From Selaginella moellendorffii (lineage: Eukaryota; Plantae; Lycopodiophyta), in contig NW_003314304.1 of the NCBI RefSeq assembly GCF_000143415.4, positions 1,594,730 to 1,658,729 of the forward strand: a stretch of DNA of 64,000 bases, written 5' to 3'. Both the position numbers and the translations under genes were made by a program. The first letter of the stretch is position 1. Each line of letters begins with the position of its first letter. Shown here one piece after another: positions 20,943 to 33,311 of the stretch. Below the pieces are notes generated by a model, which saw nothing but the letters and a program-made list of their open reading frames with translations, was not told the DNA's origin and did not search any database.

Positions 20943-23900
20943 CTCTAGTTTATTATACGCCTCCAATCCTTCCTCATGATCAACGAGACAACCAACCCCG
21001 CGTAGAGTACGTGGGGTACGACGTTTGAAACTCCATTCATTGGGTTTTGTTAAAGAGAATAAAAGACAGAACGCCACTGTAGCTAAACCTAGAAATCAAA
21101 AACTAAACTACATCGTGCCATTATTGGTTTGAGATGCAACACCTTTTACTCGGGCACCCTAGCGAATAATAGAATATTTTCTGCCGGAGAATATTCTGGA
21201 ATCGGCCCGTGGTCCACATGATAGAGGGCAGTGACAAGAGGTTTTGGGCCCCCCTCAAAATGCTTATTTTTATTGTTCGCTGGGAGTCCATGTTCCCTCT
21301 TTAGCTCCCATGTGTGGCCTTTGTTTTTGTTGCCAGCCAAACAAACACACAGAAAGTTTGAAGGAGAGAGAGAGTGTGCAAAAATCTGAGAGGAGAGAAA
21401 GAAATGGCACCGGCTTTGATTGACTTTGCCGCGCTCCACTTCTTTGATCCCTCCATCTCCATCTCGTCCTTTTTCTTTTTCTACTCGGACTCGGACGATT
21501 CGATCCATCTCATGTTTCGCTCGAAGTCGATGGATCACTGCCCAATCACTCCATCACTTCTTGTCGACTGGAAAAGTCTTTAAATTCCTCTCGCTGATGC
21601 GATCAGCACGGCATTAGCCTGAGATCAAGGCCGCGGATCATCCAGCAAAGTCTAAGCTTTTTGCCAAGGATGTGACAAGCTAACGTGTTGTCCAGGCGCT
21701 TACAGGTTCCATTGTTTTTCCAATCACAATTCTTTTTCCTCCGGCGACCGGCACGAAAGTCGTCCGAAGCAACCCAAACTGGAAACAAGATACATGCCCA
21801 GTTTCTCGGACAGATTTCCTCAAGCCCGGCAGAACACGGAAGACGAAGAAATTCGTTAAAAAATCCACGAGCAAGCAGCAAGAGAGAGAGAGAGAGAGAG
21901 AGACATAAAAAACTTTGCCAAGCCCAAAGTCGTTGATGTTAAGCTAGGCCGTGCTTGAAGCGCGTGATGATGATCATGAAAGTTCCTGTCAAGATGCTCG
22001 GTGGATTCTCCGTGTCTCCAGCTAGAGACTTATCGACACACTATCTATCTGGTAATGTTTCAAAACGAGTAAACTAATCAGTGTTTGTTGGGAATGAATG
22101 TTTGTGCTGCTTGGCCACTTGCACTGCGGCGGCAGCAGAGGAGGATGTTTTGCGGCAACTATACCTGACTAAATCGAAGTACTTTAATTGCAATTTGCAA
22201 GATCACAAGTACTAGTCCTGAAGAAAAACAGCAAGATGTGCTTATAATCAAGGCATTCTTGCAACGCAAGTGGAAATTCACTATGTTTACCTGGGCTTTC
22301 CAAGGATGCTTCATCTGAATCGCATAGTGTCACCCTGCTGTATGAAAAAGACAAGAGAAAAATTCTTACTCACTAGAGTTTGTTAATTTTACTCTAGCTA
22401 TTACAAATTTTCCATTGTTGATACTCACTGTAGCTTCATTCAACTCCACACTTTTTTACTTAATTAGAGATGTAAAGTTTTGTCTCATGTTCTAGAATTT
22501 TGTCTATAGTTACAAAACCACAAGCTTATCCATAAATGGATTGATATTACTATAAACAATTAAAGAAAACAACTTGAAAGACGATTAATAGGGTTGAAAT
22601 ATAGAGGGAAAGGGCTCATGAATAAAAATACATTTTATTTTTCAAATGCACTCATTTTTCCAATCGGTTAAAGGTCCTGGGATATTTGGGGTTAAGTGTT
22701 TCTGGGTTGGGTGACTTCCCGGGAATTTTAAATTCAAGAGTTTATAATTACTTCAGTGCAGAAGTATAATCTTAACTTCTCTCTCTTCCTTTCAGCTTCT
22801 TTTCTTTGCTTTTCAATATGTAGTGAGTGAAATGCTTTCACTCGTAAGTTTTTCATAAGTGAGTGAATAAAACTTGATTAACTTTTATAACCTACTTTTC
22901 CAAAGTTACATTTAAGATGGCCAAGTGAGCAGTGTGATGTGTTCTTACAACCAAGTGAATAGTTTTTTAACTTGTGCTAATCAAAGTTTGCTCATAGATA
23001 TAATACAAAATAAGTGGGGATGCAATAAATTTATTCATTTCTCTTCTCGAGAAAAATCATTCTTTTACTTCTTGTTAAATATATAGTTTTTGATTGTGAT
23101 GTTCTTCACTTTTTTTGAAGGGTATACTCCCTTAGCCAAAGATGCAATTGTTGATTCTATGTTATAGGTAAAAATTTGATAATTAGAATTGTTGCACGTT
23201 TCAATATTAATTTTGGGACCAACTTCTAAAGTTTTACCAAGATTATTTTAAATTAATAAGTTCAAAACTTTTTCTTGACAATCATGAGAAGTCAAAATAT
23301 CACCAAGGTTAACTTTAACCATATAATATCCAATCTCATTACAACCAAAATGTGGCTTAGATTATTCAATGGCAATTCAAGAGCTGGTCCTCTTTAACAA
23401 GTTCCATATATAAATAATATAGTGATTTACCCTTTCTTTTTTTGTAAGTTATTGTTTAAAAAGAGTTTATTTTAAATTCACTTAAATCTTTCTCTTGAGA
23501 AACTACTTAGCTTGGCATAAAATCTTAGCAACCCAATACTAAATACTAGTCCAAAAATTTGAGAAAAACATATAAACCAGTATAGTAATGATAATTTGAA
23601 GCTTTTTCTTGCCAATTTACAAGGTATAATAAATGATTGAGATGTTGGTTCTCTAAACAAAGATGAGATAAAGATTGGGAGTGATCTTAGGCAAACATCT
23701 CTAAGCCAAACTTCTTCATTTGGCTCATAAACTTGGTTGAGTTTGCAAAGGTTTCGATAAAGTTTATTTTTGAATTTTTGCATGTCATAAATGCTTATCA
23801 AGGCAATGTAAATAGGAGTATACTATAATTATGGCTTGTCATTTTTGTTATGGTGGTGGTGATTGCAACTATCACCATGCTTTCAACATCTTTATAAATG

Positions 23901-26216
23901 ATTAATTTTTTTTTACTTTAGGATCATCTAAAGGAGTCTCACTTATAATTTCTATAGGCCCTGATATTAATTTGGGTGTTTCCTAACTTTAAGATGTGTT
24001 TTTGTAACCACATCAACTTTGTACTTGGTCTAAATGCTCTATGTGTCTAGTTCCACTTTTGGATACCCAAATGACTAGATAACTTTTTATGAAGTCCAAA
24101 TTTAAAAACTTATATTGGTATTAGAAAAGTGTAAGGTGTGACTCTATTAGTTGATTAAAAAAATCACACCACATGTTAAGATTGATATTTAATAGGTTTA
24201 GTTTACTCTAATTTCAACTCGAGGGGTAAGGTGTTAAAAGAGTAAGGCTCTTAGAAGAGCCCTACTCTTGCAAAAAAACATGATGGATTATAAACAACCA
24301 AAGATAATAACTTAAAAAATTATTAATATTATTTTAAATATAGAAATGTACTCTTTGTTCCAATTAGTTGTAAGTATTAGGTTATTTGAGATTAAGCATC
24401 TTTAAATAGTATTGGGTTAGATGACCTTCTAGAAAGCCCAAATTCAGGAGATTATAGTGCCATAAATAATATAAGTTAATGTTTGTAAAGAAACTAGCAA
24501 GAAAGAAAACAATTTAAAATTAAACAACCTTTTAAAAATGAAATATTTACTAGAATGTTCAAAATAAGTATTTAGAAAGCATTTTTATTAGAGCTACTCT
24601 CAAGTAATACTTGATGTGTTGCAAATGATTTCATAGTAAAAAATATCTTTATACTTCATTTTTAAAATAATAATTAGTGGTGTTTAATACATATTTTGTA
24701 TTTTCTAAACAATATCTAGAGACACTCAAAAACCTTTTGCTGTTAAATTATTGTCATTCAAGCACTTGTTTACAATAGTTAAAACACAATACAATGTTTG
24801 GTTTTATGGGATGGTAAATATATGTAATTGAGGAGAGTAAACAGATTTCTATATAGACTTTAGTAAGTAAATGGAATTGTGAACAATGACAATTTTCATA
24901 AGTCTTTAAACTGTAGTTTGTAACATATTTTAGCTAAATATTAATTTAAAAAATAAGTTGAAGTTGGTAAAGATAATATAAAGTTATCTCCTACAGTATG
25001 TGATGATAAATAACAATTAAGCATTTGTATTTAGTTTTGAAATGCATTACCTCAAAAGGTTTATTAATAATAATTAACTTTATTCCTAGAATTGTTTTAC
25101 CAAAGATGCCAAAATGAAAAAATGCCACTAACATGAGATCATCTGAGTAGCTTTTCTTTAAAGCATTCAATACTAAAACATCAGAATAAATATAAAAATT
25201 ATTTTATAGCAATATGCAAAGATACCTCATCGACTTATATCAAGAAATGTAGCATAATCATAGTAAAAATGCCCTACATAGTCTTTGTTAAATAAAACTA
25301 AAATCATAGTTATATTTGAATGTAAAATAGCTTTGTAAATCTATACTGTTTTATAATCCAAGGTTATAGGATGGATATTAAAATATTTGGCCATGATTGT
25401 CTTTTGATCAATTTCTTTCACAATTTTAGTCTTCTTATCAAAATATGATTAATATGACATCATTTGACTAGCTTTTCCTTCACTTGAATTATTAAACATT
25501 CAACACTGAAATAAACTTGGAACATTAGAATAAACATGAAATAATATTTTAAAGCAATAATGCAAATTTACCTCATTGACTTCTATTACAAAATATAGCC
25601 CAATCATTCCAAAGACATATAGCAATAACTTTATAAAGCATATTTATTTACTTTCATCTTGCCAAATCATCTCGTAAAAATATAGATTGATGATCTGATT
25701 TAGAATGGTTTTTGTTAGATAAAACCAAAAACTTAAATGTTAAATACCTTTGTAGACCCATATTTTTCTTTCATCCAGGATTATGGGATGAAAAACAAAA
25801 CATATGATTAATGATTTACTTTAAATACCCTACATAGCTTCTGTTAGATAAAACTAAAAGTATGGATACATTTCAATATAAAATACCTTTGTAAATATAT
25901 ATTGTTTTATCATCTAAATTATAAGATAAAAAATAAATTATTTGGTAGTTTTTCCTTCATTTAAAGCATTAAAAATTCAACACTGAAATGAACTTGAAAC
26001 ATTAGAATAAACAGGAAAGAATAATTTGGAGTTATAATGCAAACTTACCTCCTTAACTTCTGCTATAAAAAATACCCCAATCATACCAAAGACATATAGT
26101 AATAACTATATAAAGCATGTTTATTTACCTTTGTTTTACTAAACCACCTCATAAAAATTTAGATTGATGATCTGCTTTAAAATGGTGTTTGTTAGAAAAA
26201 ACTAAAAACTTAAATA

Positions 26217-29200
26217 TTAAATACCTTTGCAGACCCATATTTTTCTTCCCTCTAAGATTGTGGGATGAAGAGCAAAATGTTTTTCCATGATTGTCTCCTG
26301 TTTTTCTTCTTTCCCAATTGTAGTTGTCACTAGCTTAAATATCTCTTGCACATCTTCTGCTTTGGGATTTGTAGTTAACTTATTTTTGAGAAGACATGAA
26401 TCCAAAAAGCTTATGAGGCTTCCCTTGATCTCATCCACCATTGCATTCATTATTTCTCCAACACCAGCAAAATGTCCTCCAACTTTAGCCCCAATAAATA
26501 ATAGGATCAATGTATGTTTAAATATTGGAGCAAATTTCTTGAGCCAGTTTGGTGGGAGATCCAATTCAACACCTACAGAACTCTTCACTTGATGACCTTT
26601 AAAAGTTCCTTGAGGCCATTCACACAAGTAGTGAAGTTTAACATGTGTTCCCAATATTTTGCTGTAATTTTTCCACCTATTATTCTCATCAAGAATATAT
26701 GGATATTTTGGGCAATCTGTCTCCAATTTCAATAATACTTGAAAACACGTTGTATGGATTGCATTCACTTTATCCATGATAGACTTGAGTCCATTCTTGA
26801 GCTCGTTAAGGCTTACTTCAATGTTATCAAGTTTTGTATCCAACTTGTCAAACCGATTCTCCATTTTATCAAACTTCTTATCAAAATATCTAAAAATTGC
26901 ATCGAGTTTTGGGTCTTCAATGTTTGGAAACTCAACAACATTTAATGATGCTTTGGGAATTGTGACTTCTCCAACCTCCTCATAGTCCTTTAAGAGTTCA
27001 TGAAGCTCAACAAACTTATTCACCACTTCATATTTTTGCTCATTAGGCATCAATAACTTGGCCAAAGCATTCTCATCTGAGACCTTCAAATCGTTAATCA
27101 CATCCCAACTCTCTGCTTCATGTGAATCATTCCAAGTGTGAGAGTAGTCTAGACCGCTTTCTCTTGCTTCACATTTGACTTTCTTTAGTGGATAAATAAC
27201 TGCATCCCATGATTTTGGTTTGCCCACATTATTTAGTATCCTTCTCCACACATAACCACGTCTCATCACATTTTCTTCAATTTCCAAAAATGGGCAATCC
27301 TCTATACATACCCCAATAATGCAATTTCTAATTTTTTCCATCCATCCTTCAGCTTCTTTTTCCAAATCCGGCCTTGGTGCATTCTCTACCTTTTTTGGGT
27401 AGTAGATGATGACATCAACCCATTGCCTATCTTTCCAATTGTCTGTGTCTCCCCCAACTCTAACAATTGTCTTGATAAGGTTTTCTTTCAAAGCCACCCA
27501 TCCATTCCCAGGCCTAAAACCTTTCTTGCTTAATTTGTGAAGTTTAACTTGGATCTTTGTGAAAATACTTGCAGGAAACAATTTCAAGTCCTTGTCTTTG
27601 CATTCAAACCTCCTGCCCCAGTAGTTGTGGTTTTTTTGAGTGTCAATTGGCACTGAGGGTGACAATAAATATTCTGGAGGTGAATATTCTTCTTGCAATA
27701 ATGTTGGCATTATCGGCTCTTTGGGCAAGTTATGCCAATTCCCATCCCATTTATCATCCCAAGGCAATATCACTCCCATCTCATGGAGCACTCCAAGAAT
27801 GTACTCCACTATTTTGTCTTGGTTCCCACATTGTTGCTTCAACTGATGTTTAACTCTGTGTGTTTCCATTTGACTTTTGAATTTGCTTGTCTCAGTATGT
27901 ATGAAGAGTTGCACCACATCCCTCATAAACCATTGGACATCTAAGATGACAAATTGAGACACAATGTCGTCCTCTTCATGTCCCAAGCCAAAGTAAATTG
28001 CATCACCAGAATCATGTAGAAATTGCAAGACGAATTTGAGAACATTCTTGGAACTCCTGTGAGGCAAGAGAATTTTGCCAACTTTTTCTAGGGGTATGAC
28101 CTTCTTGTGACTTGGATCTTGTACCAATTTCCTCTTTGCTTTGAGACATTCCCGTGGTATTTGTTGCTGGGCTGACAGCAGTTCCTCCAAGCAACTCCCC
28201 AACATGGTTTTTATCCCCCTTAAATCTTTCACTTGAGTGGCCACCACCTCAAAACAAAAGTCATTCCCAAACTCAAGTACTTGCCAATAGCCTTTGTCGG
28301 AGATTATTGCAGAAACCACCTCCTTTGGGTCAAAGTCGGGTTCTGGAGTGAAAAAGTTCAAGGCAATCAAGACCCTGGGCTTCCTTTTGGGTGAGGCTGA
28401 TTGATGTGAAGCGATGAACCTCAGCCAGTAAACCAAATTCTGCTTGAAAACGTCACAATTGTCATCCTCCACCTTGCATACGATCAAGAAGAGATCCTTC
28501 TCACTTCCTCTGAGAAAGTACTGGTGGAAAGCATGGAACTCTTCCTGTCCAGCCAGGTCGCAAATGAGCAGCTTTTGTTTGGTGGTCGCATAGACAAGTG
28601 GTTGCAGCTCAATGCCTGCTGTTGAAGCATGCCTTTGGAGACATGATGGAAACCAAGACACTCTGCGGCAGAGGTTGTTTTTTATTGTGGTCTTTCCAAC
28701 CCTGCTATCACCACACAAGAAGAGTTTTGCTGTTGATGGGTTGTCAAAGTCCTTGAATGCACTCTTCTGGAAGATTGCATTCCGCTCTAAAAGACCAGAA
28801 CACCTCTGCTTGAAAGCTTCAGAAGCTTCGGAATCACTGCCTATATCAAGCTCTTCCACGAGGCTTTGGTAGTTTTCCTCCAGGGCAGCCAGAATTTGTC
28901 TTTTCTGTGCATCACTATCAAGAAAACGAGCCCTGAATCTGCGCACCTTGCATTTTGGATCCCCCAGCAACTGGCAAAGCTCTTCCAGCTTTTCAATTTC
29001 TTCCTGACGTATTTCCAAGTCTTCAATGCTGCTTCCCAAAAGGCACCTCCATGGCAGCTCCGACTCACATGACAAAGCTTTCAGAGACTTGCAGCTGGTG
29101 ATAGCTTTCCAAAAGGGCTCCCCATTCGTGATTTTGCAGCTCCATATACCCAAATGCTCCAGTTGGCTCTTCTCTATGCCCTCGGCAAACTCCAACGGTA

Positions 29201-30527
29201 ACTCTGTCCTGCTACCCCATATTTTCAAATGGCGCAGCTTACAATGTGGACTTGAGAGAGCTGACCACAGACTGCTGTCACAGACCATTCCTCCTCCCTC
29301 GTTGAACCAATCAAGGTCAAGGTTGAGCTTGATCAGCTTGCAATTGGGATTTTGTAGCGCTCTGCCCAACCATCCACCACCATCACCTGGATAAAGTCTA
29401 ACGCAGAGTTCCTCCAAGCCACACTTAGCGCTGCACAGGGCCTCACCCAGGCCCGTTGCATTGCTCAGGTCCTCACTCTGTCTCATTTCTCGGCAATCTA
29501 AAACTGACAGGCTGGTGCCCTCCTGAAGAGCCTTGCATACCCATGGCAACACTCCAGCATCAGTACCCCAAAATAGGTATAGTCTTTGCAGCGAACAGTT
29601 TGGACTCGTGAGTGCCTTGAAGAGTGCTTCACCTGCCTCCTCTGGAAACGAATATGCCTCCAGTGCCACTAGCTTATTGAAAATGCCATTCTGAAATGCC
29701 TGTTCCCACCCTTCCTTGTCAATGTCCTTATCTTCGATGACTAACTCTTCCACCTTGCACTCCTGACTTGCCAGATCCCTACTCAATTTCCCAAATCCTT
29801 CCACTGTCATCCTGTTCCCCCGCAATTCGAGACGTTTCAAGTTGTTTCCTGCTTTCCTAAGGAGTTGGCTAAGGAGAGTCTCTGGGTTCCCAACCTTGTC
29901 CAACCAGAGCTCTGTCAAGCAGTCGAGCTGAGCAAAGGCCAACTCAAGCTCCTGAGGTGGTGTGAGGATGTCTTTGCCTCCCCAACGGAAATCTAGGCCT
30001 TTCAAGACTTTGAATTCCTCTGTCATCATCAGTAGCTTTGCAAACCTCTGCACCTCAATCTGGCCAATGTCCTGTCCCTGCTGAGGAGGAGCAATGCCCT
30101 CTGCCACCCTTTGCATCCGATCACTGGGAATGCCCAACCTACAAGCGACCCTGGCAGCGAAGTTGATGAATCTGATGTCGAGCTGTGGTACCAAAGCGGC
30201 CTTGAGAATGTCAATGTGAGCAGCAGCAGCAGACGAACTGCCATCACCAGGAGCATCTCCCACATCCAGAGCCACGTCTAAACTGGGTGGATTTGAAATG
30301 CACCAGTTGAGCACACAAATCAGATCCTCCTCTGTGCCTCCAAACCTCTCGACGGCAGCATTCACCTTATCAACAAACTCACCTTTGGATGGGACAAGCT
30401 CCCACATGTGCCCACAAGGAAACGCAATCGCATTGAAGTGCCGCTTGTTGTCCCGCTTCGCTGCGAGAGCCTCCTTGATCTCCTTGACAGAGAAACAGTA
30501 GATCCACTCTCGTCGCTCCTCCTCCAT
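26217..30527 (-). CDS. Intact intronless LRR-Roc-COR (ROCO, TORNADO1-like) protein, 1436 aa
   Basis: RI-like LRRs (LQRLYL, LEELCV, LRHLKI), P-loop GDSRVGKTT, switch I STAGIEL, DLAGQEEF, COR motif LQFLHDSGDAIYF..VILDVQWF, coiled coil DKMENRFDKLDTKLDNIE, C-terminal LHYLCE..H..P.WL module. Confidence 0.92.
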   Translation of the reverse strand: MEEERREWIYCFSVKEIKEALAAKRDNKRHFNAIAFPCGHMWELVPSKGEFVDKVNAAVERFGGTEEDLICVLNWCISNPPSLDVALDVGDAPGDGSSSAAAAHIDILKAALVPQLDIRFINFAARVACRLGIPSDRMQRVAEGIAPPQQGQDIGQIEVQRFAKLLMMTEEFKVLKGLDFRWGGKDILTPPQELELAFAQLDCLTELWLDKVGNPETLLSQLLRKAGNNLKRLELRGNRMTVEGFGKLSRDLASQECKVEELVIEDKDIDKEGWEQAFQNGIFNKLVALEAYSFPEEAGEALFKALTSPNCSLQRLYLFWGTDAGVLPWVCKALQEGTSLSVLDCREMRQSEDLSNATGLGEALCSAKCGLEELCVRLYPGDGGGWLGRALQNPNCKLIKLNLDLDWFNEGGGMVCDSSLWSALSSPHCKLRHLKIWGSRTELPLEFAEGIEKSQLEHLGIWSCKITNGEPFWKAITSCKSLKALSCESELPWRCLLGSSIEDLEIRQEEIEKLEELCQLLGDPKCKVRRFRARFLDSDAQKRQILAALEENYQSLVEELDIGSDSEASEAFKQRCSGLLERNAIFQKSAFKDFDNPSTAKLFLCGDSRVGKTTIKNNLCRRVSWFPSCLQRHASTAGIELQPLVYATTKQKLLICDLAGQEEFHAFHQYFLRGSEKDLFLIVCKVEDDNCDVFKQNLVYWLRFIASHQSASPKRKPRVLIALNFFTPEPDFDPKEVVSAIISDKGYWQVLEFGNDFCFEVVATQVKDLRGIKTMLGSCLEELLSAQQQIPRECLKAKRKLVQDPSHKKVIPLEKVGKILLPHRSSKNVLKFVLQFLHDSGDAIYFGLGHEEDDIVSQFVILDVQWFMRDVVQLFIHTETSKFKSQMETHRVKHQLKQQCGNQDKIVEYILGVLHEMGVILPWDDKWDGNWHNLPKEPIMPTLLQEEYSPPEYLLSPSVPIDTQKNHNYWGRRFECKDKDLKLFPASIFTKIQVKLHKLSKKGFRPGNGWVALKENLIKTIVRVGGDTDNWKDRQWVDVIIYYPKKVENAPRPDLEKEAEGWMEKIRNCIIGVCIEDCPFLEIEENVMRRGYVWRRILNNVGKPKSWDAVIYPLKKVKCEARESGLDYSHTWNDSHEAESWDVINDLKVSDENALAKLLMPNEQKYEVVNKFVELHELLKDYEEVGEVTIPKASLNVVEFPNIEDPKLDAIFRYFDKKFDKMENRFDKLDTKLDNIEVSLNELKNGLKSIMDKVNAIHTTCFQVLLKLETDCPKYPYILDENNRWKNYSKILGTHVKLHYLCEWPQGTFKGHQVKSSVGVELDLPPNWLKKFAPIFKHTLILLFIGAKVGGHFAGVGEIMNAMVDEIKGSLISFLDSCLLKNKLTTNPKAEDVQEIFKLVTTTIGKEEKQETIMEKHFALHPTILEGRKIWVCKGI

Positions 30528-30591
30528 GGAAGTTTGCCCTGGATCGAAGGGGCAGTGGAGAGCACGAGTAAACTTGTAAAAGTGAACCTTG

Positions 30592-30705
30592 CCAGCAGTG
30601 GAAGCAAAGCACTAAAGCAAAGCATATGCCAGCTGTGGAAGAAAAGCAAAGCATATGCCAGCTGTGGAAGAAAAGCAAAGCATATGCCAGCTGTAAAAGC
30701 AAAGC
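30592..30705. repeat. 29-bp tandem repeat (~3 copies), each containing GCATATGC (P1BS consensus GNATATNC), upstream of intact ROCO
   Basis: aaagcatatgccagctgtggaagaaaagc units; GCATATGC at 30622, 30651 and 30680; absent at the matching position in unit 1. Confidence 0.85.
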
Positions 30706-30754
30706 CAAGTGGACAGTACAAGCAAGAGTTAATTTAGGTTTTAGGGTTCTTCGA

Positions 30755-33311
30755 GCAAGACGGCCAAGCGAGATCATCGCGACGAGAAGAAGGTGTGGGA
30801 CGAGGATGATATTGATGCGATCTAGGTAAGCAAAGCTCTGGCCAAAGACTCTCAATCGTTTTCCTTTTTGTCAGGCTAAACTCCACGAGGAGAAAGCAAA
30901 GAAGAGCGAAATTCATGTCGATGAGAATGTAGCAGCTCCTTCACCACAATGCAATTGCTCTGTGCGTAAGAACTCGATTGAAATCTCCACTCTGGAAGCT
31001 CACATTCTCTAGAATTCTTCTTTCCTTGCGTTTCAGGTGACTGTAAATCCCGTCAAGGACACTGCGCTGATCGTCCATGGAGGTGAATACCAACAATGGT
31101 GACAAGGTTTGTGATTAGTTTTGCTACGGTGATTTAATCTTCGTGTTTGCTATGCTAGACTTACGTTTATGGCGATCTCTACCGATACAACATCGAGAAG
31201 AACGAGTGGAAGCCTGTCACCGAGAAGCGCTCACCAGGCGGTTGCGTGGAAAAACTGGCTCTTCATGTTTGGTATGATGTATTTTTCCAGGACTTCTCTT
31301 GATTTTGGCAGTGTAGGTGGTGAATTTGGTTTCATCACTATAAGGTGTGTTTCTAGCTGACTTACAAGAGAGTTCTTGCAGGATTTATGGAGACTGGATT
31401 TAAACACAAATATCTGGCGGGAGCAGCTTCAACTAAAAGGCTGTCCAGGTGCTCGTTCCGGACATAGATTGGTATGTATTGCGCTTCTAAACATAATCTT
31501 TATTTTTTTCTTTCTTGCCACAGAAACATAAACTTATTCTATTTGGTGGATTTTATGACACGCTGAGGGAAGAAAGGTCGGCTGTTTCAGCAGTGTAGAT
31601 GTTTAGTATTGAATTTTTGACACAGGTACTTCAATAATCTTTAAGTGCTGGATTTAGACGATTATAAGGTTTGTTTCTGTCGCTCATCGTTCTTCCTTGT
31701 TTTTTAACAACTAAACTGATTTCCTTTTGCAGTGGCAAGAGATAAAACCCAAGCTTGGAGCTGCCTGGCCTTCAGCTGGAGCTGGTTCTCAGCTTGCTGT
31801 TTATTTAGATGAGGTATTTGTCTACTAAAAGTATAGTTTTGCGTGTTGTGAACATTTTTTCTTTTCTAGATTTTCTTGTACGGTGGCTATTTCAAAGAGC
31901 CTGCCCCTGACAAAGATCAATCCGACAAAGGTGTAGTGCTCGCAGATATGTGGACGTTAGATCCACGGATTGGGAGTGGGACAAGGTTTGCTTGTTTTAC
32001 ATTCTCGTTTGGAGTTTTAGTTTTTCAATGTGTTTTGTGAAGGTGAAAAAATCCGGTGTGGCTCCTGGCCAAGAGCAGGGTTTTTGTCCACATCTTGTTT
32101 GGCGGTGTAGTTGATGCTGATGAGTACGGTTTCAATGCATGCGTTGGAAAAACTAATGTCTTTTGCAGGTGATTCCCTGCACAGCGTTTTTATGATCGAG
32201 ATGTATATGCTTTCCAGATGGTTTGTATCTCGTCGATTTTTTAAAAATTATCTAAACACCATCGCTCGCAGGTATCCTTTGGAACTTCTCAAGCCAAAGA
32301 GCCTAAAGATTAAGGTATGGCAATCTGAGATTGTGTAGTGGTTAAGTGTGCATCCAAAGCAGAAGAAAGTGGTTGATCCAAATGTGGAAAATGCGTCTCA
32401 ACGTTGAGCGTTCTGCTTGAAGGTTGTTGCCTTGTGGAAGAATGAATGCTGGAATGGTCGTTGGAAAGGATACTTTGTTTCTGTATGGAGGTATGAAAGA
32501 AGTCGGCAAAAAAAAAGTGACACGACGACCTTTCCTCGCTGGACCTTCGATGTGTGGAAGTGCATTATTGAGGTTAGTATGATCGAGCCATCATCCAGCC
32601 TCATACTAATGTCTCAAGCAGGAAACACAAAGCGCGTGGATTGAAGCTAGTAAGGAGAAAGGCGAAACTGATGGTGACAACAGTGATGCTGGATCGATTA
32701 ATAAAGGAAAAGACGAAGAGGACGATGACGAGGTAGTAAAAAAGAAGGATGTAAGAAAACTTGTCGGTTTCCTTTTGTATTCTAGGATGCAGTGGAGTCA
32801 CTGTGAAGAGGCAGCTGCTATTCTTAGGGGCGAAGGCAAAAAGCTGACACAGAAAGCACGGAAATTAAAGGTCGATCCGAGCTGGGCATGGCTGATTCCC
32901 AACAAACACTTTTGGTGAGTGCTGATAGTAGTTCATCTTCCTGTTTTGTTATTGATTTGTCTTTCAGCCTGGAGAAACGCTGAGAGATTTTTTCTCTTGG
33001 ACGATCATGTATTGGCAAATGGCACCTTACGATCACACCCAACACACTGGAAAGGTGACAACGCAGGTTTTCTTTCGCTCGTTCTTCATGCTCTATGCAT
33101 CTATCAGGAGCTCAGGAAGGATGGATTTGACTTGGCAAAGACACGCTACAGACAACTTAAACCCGTCCTTGACAAGGTAAAGTGGTGTCTCAAGAAGGAA
33201 TCCTCACAACAGCATTGTTTGATTTGCAGCTGGCGAGACTTGAAGCCGACTACAACGCTGAAGAGGAGGCTACCAAACCTTCCAAAGAGCGCAGCAAGAA
33301 GAAACGATAAG
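30755..33311 (+). pseudogene. KLHDC4: KLHDC4-like pseudogene, copy 2 (start codon lost)
   Basis: Homologous to 14728-17177; EDDIDAI* stop; retains RSAHQAVAWKN and DKGVVLADMWTLDPR segments deleted in copy 1. Confidence 0.85.

Noticed and set aside
30592-30705. CRISPR-like array (29-bp repeats)
   Set aside because: Repeats are contiguous with no spacers; eukaryotic context; no cas genes.
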